A stretch of DNA of 64,000 bases from a virus, in the IMG/VR virus record IMGVR_UViG_3300021197_001521, positions 1 through 64,000 of that record; one strand, 5' to 3'. The notes under the pieces are model-generated. The model worked only from the letters and a program-made list of their open reading frames with translations. It was not told where the DNA came from and made no database searches. Made by a program: the position numbers and the translations under genes. Shown piece by piece: positions 46,478 through 56,261 of the stretch (the stretch's first letter is position 1; each line of letters begins with the position of its first letter).

Positions 46478-47167
46478 CTAGTTAGTGGATGCGGCGATGA
46501 TTGATTTTTGCCAGTTTATATGTTTAGAGTCGTTTGTAGACAAAGAGTTTTGTTGACCGTCTCTATATACCAACACAGTGTCTTTAAGGTTTTCAATCTT
46601 GCAACCTGCTTGCAGACATTTAGACCACAACATAAAGTCTTCTGAAATATGATCTGGAGATTCGTTGTAACCGCCTACTCCTAGTATCTTTTCTTTTTTA
46701 AACATTACTGTTGGATGATTTAGAAAATGGTCTCTATAGTAGAAGATGTTTGGCGGAATTTTTTCTGGCATTATTCTTGACACGACACCTGTAGACATTT
46801 GTGAGCATTGACCACCAAGTATATCCACATCACCTTCTTGCATTTTGCGCAATTGTTTTTCTAGTCTATCTGGTGTCATAATATCGTCCGAATCAAGTCT
46901 TGCCACCAAATCATACTTACAGACTTTTAAACCTGCATTGAGTGCTACCGACAAATTCTTTTTACCTTCTTGTCTTTCGCACTTTAGTACGGTTATCTTT
47001 TCATGGTCATTTAATTCATTCAGAAGCTCTATAAGCTCTGGTACGTCTGATTGATTGTCTATGATAACTATTTCAAAGTTTTGTTCTGTTTGATCTAGAA
47101 CGCTATCAATACATTGTCTCAAATGATTACGTGGCGTGTTATAAACTGGAATTAATACTGAGATCAT
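46478..47167 (-). CDS. Glycosyltransferase family 2
   Basis: ISVLIPVYN, IIDN.S, ALNAGL, ARLDSDD, RLEKQ, HPTVMF, GGY, ED. Confidence 0.93.
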   Translation of the reverse strand: MISVLIPVYNTPRNHLRQCIDSVLDQTEQNFEIVIIDNQSDVPELIELLNELNDHEKITVLKCERQEGKKNLSVALNAGLKVCKYDLVARLDSDDIMTPDRLEKQLRKMQEGDVDILGGQCSQMSTGVVSRIMPEKIPPNIFYYRDHFLNHPTVMFKKEKILGVGGYNESPDHISEDFMLWSKCLQAGCKIENLKDTVLVYRDGQQNSLSTNDSKHINWQKSIIAASTN

Positions 47168-48102
47168 GATTGCTCCTTAAAGTTTTCGTCTTTTAGAAAC
47201 CATTCTATAGTTTCTTTTAGTCCTGTTTGTAAATCTGTTTCTGCTTTAAAACCTAGTCTTTCTTCTGCAAGTTTTGTATTTAGGCATCTTCTAGGTTGAC
47301 CGTCTGGTTTGGAAGTGTCGTATTTAATTGTTCCGGTGTATCCCATCTGACTGGATATTTCTTCTACCAGATCTCTAATTGATATCTCTTGACCTGTCCC
47401 AATATTGATTGGTTCTAATGGTACATTTTTTTCTATTGCACAGGCAACTGCTTTTGCGCAATCTGGTGCGTACAAAAACTCTCTAGTTGCTTTGCCAGAT
47501 CCCCATATAGTAACTTCTGATTCTCCGTTCTTCATAGCATTATAAAACTTTAGAATCAATGCTGGTATAACGTGACTACTAGTTAAATTAAAATGATCGT
47601 GAGGTCCATACATGTTTACTAAAAGTAAATTTGCGCCTCTCATGCCATACTGCTGCCCGTATAGCTCTAGCAATTTTCCTACCGCCTTTTTTGACACACC
47701 GTATCCAGCGTTCGTTTCTTCTGGATAACCATTCCATAGGTCGTTCTCATTAAACGGAACCGGAGAGTGCTTTGGATAAGAACACACCGTTCCTAGAAAA
47801 ATAAACTTTGGAACCATTTGTCTTCTCGCCGCTTCAACCATGTTAATTCCCATCATCAAGTTCTCGTACATGAACCTTCCGGGATTTTCTTTATTTGCTG
47901 CAATACCACCAACAGAACCAGCGGCATGTACAATCACGTCTGGATTGTAATACTCTACTGCTTTTATACATGCTCTATCTGATCTAAGGTCATAAACTTT
48001 TGATCCTATACCAGCAAAAGTATGATCTTTCAGATTTCGTGGCAGGTGTTTCATTAGGTTTTTTCCTAAGAAACCGCTTGCTCCAGTAACTAGAACTCTC
48101 AT
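47164..48102 (-). CDS. fcl: GDP-L-fucose synthase / GDP-colitose synthase (Fcl/ColC family)
   Basis: TGASGFLG, VGGI.AN, LGTVCSYP, YGVSK, N.YGP.D.F, SHVIPALI, WGSG...REFLY, KPDGQPR. Confidence 0.9.
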   Translation of the reverse strand: MRVLVTGASGFLGKNLMKHLPRNLKDHTFAGIGSKVYDLRSDRACIKAVEYYNPDVIVHAAGSVGGIAANKENPGRFMYENLMMGINMVEAARRQMVPKFIFLGTVCSYPKHSPVPFNENDLWNGYPEETNAGYGVSKKAVGKLLELYGQQYGMRGANLLLVNMYGPHDHFNLTSSHVIPALILKFYNAMKNGESEVTIWGSGKATREFLYAPDCAKAVACAIEKNVPLEPINIGTGQEISIRDLVEEISSQMGYTGTIKYDTSKPDGQPRRCLNTKLAEERLGFKAETDLQTGLKETIEWFLKDENFKEQS

Positions 48103-48103
48103 A

Positions 48104-49249
48104 TTATTCCTTATTTATAATGTCGCAAATTTTTTGAAGATCTTCTCTTGTTAGATCTTGATTATTGGGAACATAAAAACCAAACTTATCTACTAACTCA
48201 GAGTTTGGCATATTGTCAGATCTTCCTTTCCAAAACGGTTTGTTTGCCATAGAACCTGCTATTAGCGGTCTTGTCTCTACGCCATTGCTTATCAAATTTT
48301 GAACAACTTCGTCTCTGTTTTTTGTTACAACTGGATATGCAAAATTAGATACAAAACTTGTTATGGGGTTATCTAGACTCAACATGGTGTTTTTAATATT
48401 CTCCCAATAATACTGGAAGTTTTCTTCGCGCTTCGTAGCAAACAGGTCCAATTTATCTATTTGTGTAAGTCCTATATATGCTTGCAGGTCTGTTGCTCTA
48501 AGATTAAAACCGGGATAAAAGAAACTGTACAAGAAATCAAAATCAGATATTTGGTGTTTGTTTTTATATTCTGCCTGCTTTTGCTTAGACCAATCTCTAC
48601 CCCAACCGTGTGATCTCATAGAGTATATTAGATCACTAATCTCTTCGTCGCTAGTGCAAATAAGACCACCTTCAATAGTGGAAAGGTGATGGCCGTAAAA
48701 CAACGAAAACACAGAAACGTCACCAAATGTTCCAAGGTATTGGTCTTGATATTTAGAGCCCATAGACTCACAAACATCTTCTAGTATAATTATGTTATTG
48801 TCTTTGCATATTTCAACAATTTTTTCCATCTGAGGAACTAACCCAAGTACAGACACTAGTATTAATACAGAAGGGTTTTGCTCTCTGACTATTTTCTTAA
48901 AGTGATTTAGGTCTATAGAAAGATCGTGTAGATTGCAATCGCATAACTCTACATCCATTCCCAGCAACATGGGCGAACTTACGTCCGTTGCCCAACTTAA
49001 AGCGGGAGCAACTACTTTGTTGTTTCTAAGTCTCCCGCTCTCTTTTAGTGCTGCGAGCGCCAGAAGTATAGCAGAAGAACCAGAATTAACATAACATGTA
49101 TTATTAACGCCTATCTTGTCGCTCCACTTGTCCTCAAATTCTAACGTAACCTTATTTTTTGTTAGAATAGGGGTATCTTCTTGTGATAACCAAGCAACAA
49201 GTCTTTTAATGTCATCTTTATTGATAGTATCAGAAACAAGTTTTATCAT
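48104..49249 (-). CDS. colD: PLP-dependent GDP-4-keto-6-deoxymannose 3-dehydratase-like protein (ColD; DegT/DnrJ fold)
   Basis: VNSGSSA, EDVCESMG, FSLFYGHHLSTIEGG (His at the usual PLP-lysine position), RSHGW, GFNLR, ETRPLIAG; lacks the Cys cluster of RfbH/E1. Confidence 0.75.
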   Translation of the reverse strand: MIKLVSDTINKDDIKRLVAWLSQEDTPILTKNKVTLEFEDKWSDKIGVNNTCYVNSGSSAILLALAALKESGRLRNNKVVAPALSWATDVSSPMLLGMDVELCDCNLHDLSIDLNHFKKIVREQNPSVLILVSVLGLVPQMEKIVEICKDNNIIILEDVCESMGSKYQDQYLGTFGDVSVFSLFYGHHLSTIEGGLICTSDEEISDLIYSMRSHGWGRDWSKQKQAEYKNKHQISDFDFLYSFFYPGFNLRATDLQAYIGLTQIDKLDLFATKREENFQYYWENIKNTMLSLDNPITSFVSNFAYPVVTKNRDEVVQNLISNGVETRPLIAGSMANKPFWKGRSDNMPNSELVDKFGFYVPNNQDLTREDLQKICDIINKE

Positions 49250-49998
49250 ATCGTTGTCCAACTTTCAGGTACAATGTCTCCAGAGTATGTTCCATTCGCA
49301 AACCAGTTTTTAGGCGCAATAACCTTTTTATCAACATTATTGTTTAACCAAGCACCCCACCAACTAAATGATGAGTTTGCAATTATATTATGACTACAAA
49401 GAGACATAGAATATAGATCTATCGTGTTTGTTTGGTTTTCAGAAAAATACATATTGTTATATTTAAAGTTTTCTTTACACCATTTAATATCATCAGAAAA
49501 AACTAGTATATTTGTATCACTTTTTGTAATCAGATCAACTGCCTTGTTGTAATAATCTAAAGTTTGAGACGGATGAACGTGACTTGCTTTAAGATAATCG
49601 CCTCTCCTTACATGCAAAGACACCGTTTCGTCTTTAAGGAAAGGATAGGTGTTCATTATATGATACTTTGTTTTATCGTTAATTTCAAGTTCTTTTCTTA
49701 AAGTATCTTTATTTTTTTCAAAGTATTTTTCAGATTGCCAATATCCATTTAGGTAGCTATCATTAGGAATAGGTTGGTAGTGAAAATCGTCTTGAATTTC
49801 TTCAAAAACAAACAGGTGTTGCTCTAGGATTTTTGGTTTTAAATCAAAATCATACAGGGCAAACTTCCAACTACCTTTGTTCAGGAAGTAGGACGCTACA
49901 TAGTAGCATTCGGTGTTGTGAATCTTAGCTGCTGCCTGAGATGCTGCCCACTGAAATAATTGATTACCCATGCCTCCCATCAAGTTGCATGTTATCAT
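49246..49998 (-). CDS. Glycosyltransferase family 11 (alpha-1,2-fucosyl/colitosyltransferase)
   Basis: GGMGNQLFQ, GYWQSEKYF, HVRRGDY, FSDD..WC, ANSSFSWWGAWL. Confidence 0.93.
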   Translation of the reverse strand: MITCNLMGGMGNQLFQWAASQAAAKIHNTECYYVASYFLNKGSWKFALYDFDLKPKILEQHLFVFEEIQDDFHYQPIPNDSYLNGYWQSEKYFEKNKDTLRKELEINDKTKYHIMNTYPFLKDETVSLHVRRGDYLKASHVHPSQTLDYYNKAVDLITKSDTNILVFSDDIKWCKENFKYNNMYFSENQTNTIDLYSMSLCSHNIIANSSFSWWGAWLNNNVDKKVIAPKNWFANGTYSGDIVPESWTTI

Positions 49999-50876
49999 AT
50001 CGCCTCCTTAGTTTTTCTTAAAACATCAAGTCTACTTGCGCCCGAAAACGCTTCTTCAAAAGTTATAAGATTTTCTACATTTATTTCTTCGTTGTGAAAT
50101 ATGTTCATGTAGGCAGAGTATCTATGAAGCGCCCAACCAGCATAGAATCTAGCAACATTTTCGTGTCCGTTTTCATGAAAATTCATACCTGACCCTACGC
50201 CAGCAAAATGTAGGAATTTTTTACCGAAGTCATACCAAGTGTTCAGCAGTAAAAATCCATTATCATAACTTTCATTTTCATTAGAGCTTCCATAATCTTC
50301 TGTGTCTAGATAAAATATTTTTCCGTTGTTCATAAGAATATGAAAACTTACTGGATCAAAAAAATCTATAATTGGGATTCTATCTACAGGTTGACCTTGG
50401 CACATATTCTTTAGTGTGTCAAAATTAATTTCATCAGAAATTAAAGATTTATTCACCCCAATGAAGCATGTTCCTACAACGTCTGGCATAGGTCTGTGTA
50501 TAGAATAACTTCTACGTGGACCAACTAGATCGTAACCATCTTCTAGTTTATTCGTTATATCACTGAGGCATTCATCAATAAAAACAACATCGCTGTCAAT
50601 TTGAACTATGTAGTCGTAACCTTCTGAATACTCTCTTATGACTTTTGCCCAAACATAAGCAGTTCCGCTATGACCAGACTTATAGAGATGTTTTATATTT
50701 TCATCAGTTTCAATATTAATAAATTTATTGTTCTCATTACTTGGAATATCCAAGAAGTCTTCAGGTGTACCTATAATGTGAATCTTAACATCGTGAAATT
50801 TATGATAAGTTTCTATGCACTTGTTTGCTATCTTACCACAATTATATGCTATTACGAATACAAAAGTATCATCCAT
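49995..50876 (-). CDS. GT-A fold glycosyltransferase-like protein
   Basis: YDYIVQIDSDVVF DxD motif; late HFAG motif. Confidence 0.6.
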   Translation of the reverse strand: MDDTFVFVIAYNCGKIANKCIETYHKFHDVKIHIIGTPEDFLDIPSNENNKFINIETDENIKHLYKSGHSGTAYVWAKVIREYSEGYDYIVQIDSDVVFIDECLSDITNKLEDGYDLVGPRRSYSIHRPMPDVVGTCFIGVNKSLISDEINFDTLKNMCQGQPVDRIPIIDFFDPVSFHILMNNGKIFYLDTEDYGSSNENESYDNGFLLLNTWYDFGKKFLHFAGVGSGMNFHENGHENVARFYAGWALHRYSAYMNIFHNEEINVENLITFEEAFSGASRLDVLRKTKEAI

Positions 50877-51681
50877 TTATAGCCCTTTCAATAGTTTCCT
50901 TTAGCATTGGTTTTATATCATAATATTTTTTTGATCTTTCGTAATTATCTTCTATGGCTGTAATCATTTTTGAGTACGAGGACTCATCTAGCGAGTTGCA
51001 TTTATTTACAATATCTTTCGCTGAGTTTACAATAATAAATCCGTCTGTATTAAAAAAATCAGAGATGTTACTAGCGCCATAGAAAATTGGAACCGTCTTT
51101 GTTACTAAGCAGTCAATTAATTTCTCTGTAAAAAAATTATTTTGTCTTGTGTTTTCTATGCAAACCGAAAATTGAGAATCGAATAATGGTTCTTTTTTCT
51201 CTCCTATTTCTGGGTTATTGAATGGATTATTTGTTGCTCGTCCTCTGTTGCTAATGTAAAATGATTTTGGTATAGTAATTTTGTCTTGATTAAAATTTAA
51301 CTCATGCCTCATAGCGTGACCCTCTAGCATCAACTTGAATCCTGTTAAGTGAGATACGCTAAAGTTTTTAGGAGGATGTTGATAGTCTTTAACCCACGAT
51401 GTACCAAATGGAAACAAGTGTGCATTTGGAAGTTTTAGAAGTTTCTCGTCATAAGTCAATATTGCGTCGAACATATTTGCTCTAGGTAAAACGAACTGCA
51501 CTATGTTTAATAGAACGGAAGGTTCTCTGGTTAGCAATATATTGGTACAGTCTTCTTCATTTTTATAACCATTAAGATCTTTATCAATAAAAAGCTTTAT
51601 GGGTTTGTCGTGTTCAATAAGTAGATTTGGCCATTCGGGGTACATGCTTGAATTGACTGTTTGTAGCATTTTATTCTCCAA
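50869..51681 (-). CDS. GT10-like (alpha-1,3/4-fucosyltransferase-like) glycosyltransferase
   Basis: REP...FDAILTY; FSVCIENT...FFTEKLIDCL...VPIFYG. Confidence 0.75.
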   Translation of the reverse strand: MENKMLQTVNSSMYPEWPNLLIEHDKPIKLFIDKDLNGYKNEEDCTNILLTREPSVLLNIVQFVLPRANMFDAILTYDEKLLKLPNAHLFPFGTSWVKDYQHPPKNFSVSHLTGFKLMLEGHAMRHELNFNQDKITIPKSFYISNRGRATNNPFNNPEIGEKKEPLFDSQFSVCIENTRQNNFFTEKLIDCLVTKTVPIFYGASNISDFFNTDGFIIVNSAKDIVNKCNSLDESSYSKMITAIEDNYERSKKYYDIKPMLKETIERAING

Positions 51682-52762
51682 GATAATTTCTCTTTGCTTT
51701 TAAAAATAATTTCTTTTCTATTTCAGACATGTAATTAAACGTATCTAACAGCGAGTGCATTTCCCACAGTTTGGGATTTTTGTGAATCATAACCTCATGA
51801 TGCAAGTGAAAAAGATCAACATCTATAGAGGGAAACTCCACAGGTTGAATTGCTTCAATTTTATCCCAAAAGAATTTATCTTCCGGTGAATAACCATAAA
51901 AGAATTCTGGATCATAACCACCAACTTCTATAAACAAGTCTTTACTAATAATAATAGAACCACCCGGAGCGCCAGTCTGAGGTATTTCTATACCATAAGA
52001 ATCTTGGTGGAGTTGATCGACATCTGATTTTTTTAGTTTTATAATAGCTTCTGTTAGTTCTTTTGATAAATTTAAAACCCTTCTATTTGAAAAAGTTTGC
52101 AATGCACCAACACTATACTCTTTCAGATTCAAGATAGTTTTTTCAAAGAAAGAGGTTTGAACTAAAATGTCTATGTCATGGAATAAATAATATTTAGCTT
52201 TGTTTGAATATTTGAACCCACAGTTATGAGCTAAAGATTTATTCATTAGTTTATTTTCAGACGGGATATGAATATAGTTTACTAGACCGCTTGCCTTTTC
52301 CTTGTGATTTGGTTTGTCGTTTTCTTCACACAGGGTGATGCAAATTTTTGCTCCAGAATTCTCTGCTGATTTTTTTAGATGTTCAATACACGGAATAACA
52401 AATTCATCTCTACCTCTAACTGGTAGTATCACGTTTATATCATATTCCTCTTGGTCTATCAAATCTATATAGCAGGTTTCTTTTATTTTTTCATAATCTA
52501 ACCTACCGCTAACATGTAACTGAGAAAATAACATTTTATTTGATGACCTTTGTAAATAATCTTCTTTGTTTTTTAATGATTTGATTGTTTTTGATATCGA
52601 GATTAACTTGGTATCGGAGTCAATTATATTTATTAATTCTCTATAGTATTTTTTTTCTGAATGACCTTTTGAGTTTCCTATTGCGTTTTGGCAGATTTCT
52701 TTTATTTGATTTCTGATTACAATGTCTTCTTTTTTATCACTTTCTTTAAAATATAAAAACAT
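51671..52762 (-). CDS. GT2/GT7-C-type glycosyltransferase
   Basis: ILPVRGR, NKSLAHNCG, FHDIDIL, VGGYDPEFFYGYSPED, HLHH. Confidence 0.8.
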   Translation of the reverse strand: MFLYFKESDKKEDIVIRNQIKEICQNAIGNSKGHSEKKYYRELINIIDSDTKLISISKTIKSLKNKEDYLQRSSNKMLFSQLHVSGRLDYEKIKETCYIDLIDQEEYDINVILPVRGRDEFVIPCIEHLKKSAENSGAKICITLCEENDKPNHKEKASGLVNYIHIPSENKLMNKSLAHNCGFKYSNKAKYYLFHDIDILVQTSFFEKTILNLKEYSVGALQTFSNRRVLNLSKELTEAIIKLKKSDVDQLHQDSYGIEIPQTGAPGGSIIISKDLFIEVGGYDPEFFYGYSPEDKFFWDKIEAIQPVEFPSIDVDLFHLHHEVMIHKNPKLWEMHSLLDTFNYMSEIEKKLFLKAKRNYLGE

Positions 52763-53526
52763 TAAAATTCCACCTCTTTAAAAGAAGGTCTGCTGCAACA
52801 TATTCTATGAACTTTTTCTTGTTCTGCCCCTTCAGTTCTGAACTCACAGGTTGGATTTAAATTGTTGTAAATATAAAGAACTTTATCGTTGTATTTGACT
52901 TTATCCCAACCAGCGATGTCCATAAGAGAAAATACCTGAGCGCAGTCGTAAGCCATTGTAAACCATCTTCCATCATCGTACTTCATTGAGCTTAGTTCTG
53001 GATCTTGGTTCTTAATTTCGTGGAATAGTTTTGCTTTAAAACTTCTAAGGTGAGATACCCACAATGGCATTTGTCTTTTCAGCTCAAAGTGGTACTTACT
53101 AGGAAACGGTTTAGCATTACCTTCTTTTCCGTCTACATATCTTGCTTGACCGTACATCATCAAGCAATTTTCTCTATTGTAAAAACTATTAATATATGAC
53201 AGAACAAATTCGTCTACAAACCAATCATCTCCATCTAGTTGAACAACGATGTCTTCTGGGTCACAATCTTCGTTGATAGCTTTTTGATGATTATAAGTGG
53301 CGTATTTTCGTTCATCTGTTTTAGTGTAAATAATTTTATCTGGATATTTTTCTATATACTCTTGGCAGATGTCATCTGAATCATCAGAAGAATCATCGTT
53401 TACTAATAACACTTTAAAATTTTTATGAGTTTGACCAAAAATGCTGTCTAAACTCTTTCGTAGATATTCTCCAGCATTTCTAAAACTTACTAATATCTTA
53501 AAATTATTTTCCATTAGATTCTCCAA
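52762..53526 (-). CDS. Glycosyltransferase family 2
   Basis: RNAGEYL, VNDDSSD, QLDGDDW, HLRSF, LYIYN. Confidence 0.88.
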   Translation of the reverse strand: MENLMENNFKILVSFRNAGEYLRKSLDSIFGQTHKNFKVLLVNDDSSDDSDDICQEYIEKYPDKIIYTKTDERKYATYNHQKAINEDCDPEDIVVQLDGDDWFVDEFVLSYINSFYNRENCLMMYGQARYVDGKEGNAKPFPSKYHFELKRQMPLWVSHLRSFKAKLFHEIKNQDPELSSMKYDDGRWFTMAYDCAQVFSLMDIAGWDKVKYNDKVLYIYNNLNPTCEFRTEGAEQEKVHRICCSRPSFKEVEF

Positions 53527-54391
53527 ATCTTTTTATTATGTCTTGCGCCTTGTCTTGATATCCCGCATCTATCATTAATTGACAAACTCTATGTATGCAT
53601 GTATGGTTAGACTCAATCTCTTGTTTAATTTTTTCAATAGAGACTTCTTGTTGATCCTCAGAGAATAGAGCTTTTAAAACTTTTATAAAGTCTTCATTTT
53701 GATCTTCGCGAGGTTTGACGGAAACTTTTTCGCATCTCAGCATACAGTCAAAGAAAATCTGAGAGCAAACAAATTGAATATCTCCGACTAGCGTAACTTC
53801 TCTGTAATTTCTCGCGAGAGATGCTAGATTGTTTATATTGCACTCTAGATCGAATTGGGAGTGTAAGTCTACACCAAAAATCATCCTATGATACTTCTCA
53901 TTATTACTGCATATCTTTTCAAATTCTTCGCTGGTTTCAGTTGAAATAATGCAATTATCTATTTTGTAGTCTAGCATGGGTGGTGGATTTAGAAATACAT
54001 CAATTCCGGGCATAATACAAGAGAATTTTATGTCCTTGCTCTTGTTGTTTACTAGAAAACCATATCCTTCTGAAAAGAACAGTGAGCAATTTACACCCAA
54101 CTCTTTGATCTGACCCTCCAAGTAGTCTATTATTGTTTGATTGCATCTGCTGCAATTAACTACTAGGTTTATGTTTTTATTCTCTGATAGATATTTTAAC
54201 AAAACAGGGTCTAGAATTTTAGCGTTTGCTATTACTAGGTCCGGTTTAAATCCGTCTAAACAGTCGTATACACTTTCTTGATTTACATTCCATAACTTTA
54301 CTTCTACGGAATCTACCATAGACAAGCACTGGTGAACGTAGAAGTTTTGGGTTGACAAAATATCGTTGTAGTTTTGTATAAGTACTCTCAT
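53504..54391 (-). CDS. Degenerate GT-B (CgeB-like) protein
   Basis: FKPDLVI near the N-terminus and NHTCIHRV near the C-terminus; no clear nucleotide-sugar-binding motif. Confidence 0.4.
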   Translation of the reverse strand: MRVLIQNYNDILSTQNFYVHQCLSMVDSVEVKLWNVNQESVYDCLDGFKPDLVIANAKILDPVLLKYLSENKNINLVVNCSRCNQTIIDYLEGQIKELGVNCSLFFSEGYGFLVNNKSKDIKFSCIMPGIDVFLNPPPMLDYKIDNCIISTETSEEFEKICSNNEKYHRMIFGVDLHSQFDLECNINNLASLARNYREVTLVGDIQFVCSQIFFDCMLRCEKVSVKPREDQNEDFIKVLKALFSEDQQEVSIEKIKQEIESNHTCIHRVCQLMIDAGYQDKAQDIIKRFGESNGK

Positions 54392-55131
54392 TTTTCTATC
54401 TCTTTCAGTGATTTTAAGTTATTTATTTTAAGTAGTGGTATTCCAGAATTTTTCATAACAGATATTTCTTTTGTTTTATTTAATTCATTTATTGCTTCAA
54501 ATAGAAATTTATTTTTAAAATCAGGATTCGATATGATGTCATAGAATTTTTCTATGGTTTCTCCACCTTTTAAAAACACCGATTCCGTCCAAAAATTATT
54601 TTTCTCTCCTAAACACAAAGATGTTAACTTTTGTTTTTCTGAAATACCTGAAACTTCAAAGTTCATTGTTGGATTCTTGTCCTGAACAACTATTGAAGAT
54701 TTGCTGTAGTCAACTGTAGATAAAAATTCAGGTGTTAGCAAAAGATTACCAGAAACAAACAGAATTCTATTATTCATAGTGTTTCCAACGCACAGTCTGG
54801 CGCTTTCGCAGCAGTTTGAATTAAAATGAACTTGATTTTCTATAACTCTAATGTTCTCATAATTAAGATTTTTTTTGACATACTCTGTTATTTTTTTAGA
54901 CTCAAAACCTGCACACACGATAATCTCATAATTAAGCAGTGTTGCCTGTATTGTTTCAATTTGCCTTTCAATTAAAGTTTTATCCTTAATTTTTATAAGA
55001 GGTATAGAACCATAAGATTTCATTCTATACCCGTGATTCTCAGACAAGATAACAACCGTTACGAAGTCTTTTAATCTTTTCTCCTCCCTATTCCAAGGTT
55101 TGGGAGATGCTATATGTCTTTTTTTTCTCAT
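54388..55131 (-). CDS. Sugar-phosphate nucleotidyltransferase-like protein with degenerate signature
   Basis: VILSENHGYRMKSYGSIPLIKI..KTLIERQI..EIIVCAGFE; the canonical LAAGxGxR/PK and GD motifs are altered. Confidence 0.65.
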   Translation of the reverse strand: MRKKRHIASPKPWNREEKRLKDFVTVVILSENHGYRMKSYGSIPLIKIKDKTLIERQIETIQATLLNYEIIVCAGFESKKITEYVKKNLNYENIRVIENQVHFNSNCCESARLCVGNTMNNRILFVSGNLLLTPEFLSTVDYSKSSIVVQDKNPTMNFEVSGISEKQKLTSLCLGEKNNFWTESVFLKGGETIEKFYDIISNPDFKNKFLFEAINELNKTKEISVMKNSGIPLLKINNLKSLKEIEK

Positions 55132-55132
55132 A

Positions 55133-55870
55133 TTATTTTACTTTAACGAAATAATAAAGATTGCGGTTTTTTGACTCAACGATTAACTGTTTTGTCATCT
55201 TGTCATAATCATTATACTCAGGATATGAACTATTTACAACTCTTTTCATTATTATAGAACCATTTTTTGGCAATTCAAAAATCGCAGCGTTCTTCATTTG
55301 ATTGTTTGTGAGGTCATCTATCATCAAAAAGACATCGGAAGGAATTTGTGCATCATGTTCTAGTTTTACAAAATAACTTGCTTTTATCAATTTTTTAAAT
55401 GCTTCAAACTCTTCTTCTTTCTTATCTTTTTTAAAATGAAAATCTACATAGCAATGCCGAAACTTTTGCTTGAGATCATATAGTGCTGAGACGATTTCTT
55501 CTGCTTTGCCTTGGTTTTTACTAGATATAACAATTTTTATTTTGTCTTTGGGATAATCTATTTCTTTTAATTTTTTAATTGTTTCTAGTATTTTGGTATC
55601 ATCATCTTCGGAATCAAATACAGCGATTCCAAAAAGAGGCATAACGTGATTTCTCGCAATATCCAAAGCGTCTTCTTCTTTAGAGAACTGCCAACTTTCT
55701 AATCTTTTTAGGTTACATATCCCATGAATTTTATGAGGATTGTCGGTTATAATTTTATCAGAAAACGCATCAAGTCTTCCTGCGCTGCATTTATTAGAAT
55801 TAGTGTAGAAAATACAATCTTTGCAAGAAGTAGTAGTGGCAGGTTTATTTTCTTCTTGCTGTGATTTCAT
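55133..55870 (-). CDS. Cys-motif N-terminus plus degenerate GT2-like domain
   Basis: CKDC..C..C at the N-terminus; ETIKKL..IDYPKDKIKIVIS; YFVKLEHD in place of DxD. Confidence 0.45.
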   Translation of the reverse strand: MKSQQEENKPATTTSCKDCIFYTNSNKCSAGRLDAFSDKIITDNPHKIHGICNLKRLESWQFSKEEDALDIARNHVMPLFGIAVFDSEDDDTKILETIKKLKEIDYPKDKIKIVISSKNQGKAEEIVSALYDLKQKFRHCYVDFHFKKDKKEEEFEAFKKLIKASYFVKLEHDAQIPSDVFLMIDDLTNNQMKNAAIFELPKNGSIIMKRVVNSSYPEYNDYDKMTKQLIVESKNRNLYYFVKVK

Positions 55871-56261
55871 AGTTAAGTCCAGACATGGTTGATCGTTCTA
55901 TTTGTAGTCCATTTTTTTGAAAGAATTGCTTGACTAAATCTACATCTAGCATACACTTGGACTGTAAAATTAAAGTATTCATTGTAGGTTGAGGTATCAA
56001 ACCATTAAGAACACCCTTACAAAAGAGTCTTGGGTCTATACCACTAACTGTGAGTGTTCCGTTTAGTCTAAGTTTATTAATTAGCAGTCCAAGAAAATCG
56101 AATACGTTTTCCTGACTAAAAAGACTTATTGTGTCTGACGCTAATATTTCTTCGCATTGATTATCTGTTACCTCTTCTGACAAAATATTTAGGTCGCTAA
56201 GGAGGAATGTTTCATAACCCTTTATGGCAGTCCTATCGTCAGTTACTATTTGTAGTTTCAT
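55845..56261 (-). CDS. Truncated/degenerate SAM-methyltransferase-like protein
   Basis: DNQCEEILASD...KLRLNGTLTV resembles class I MTase post-motif elements; no GxG motif I. Confidence 0.45.
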   Translation of the reverse strand: MKLQIVTDDRTAIKGYETFLLSDLNILSEEVTDNQCEEILASDTISLFSQENVFDFLGLLINKLRLNGTLTVSGIDPRLFCKGVLNGLIPQPTMNTLILQSKCMLDVDLVKQFFQKNGLQIERSTMSGLNYEITARRK

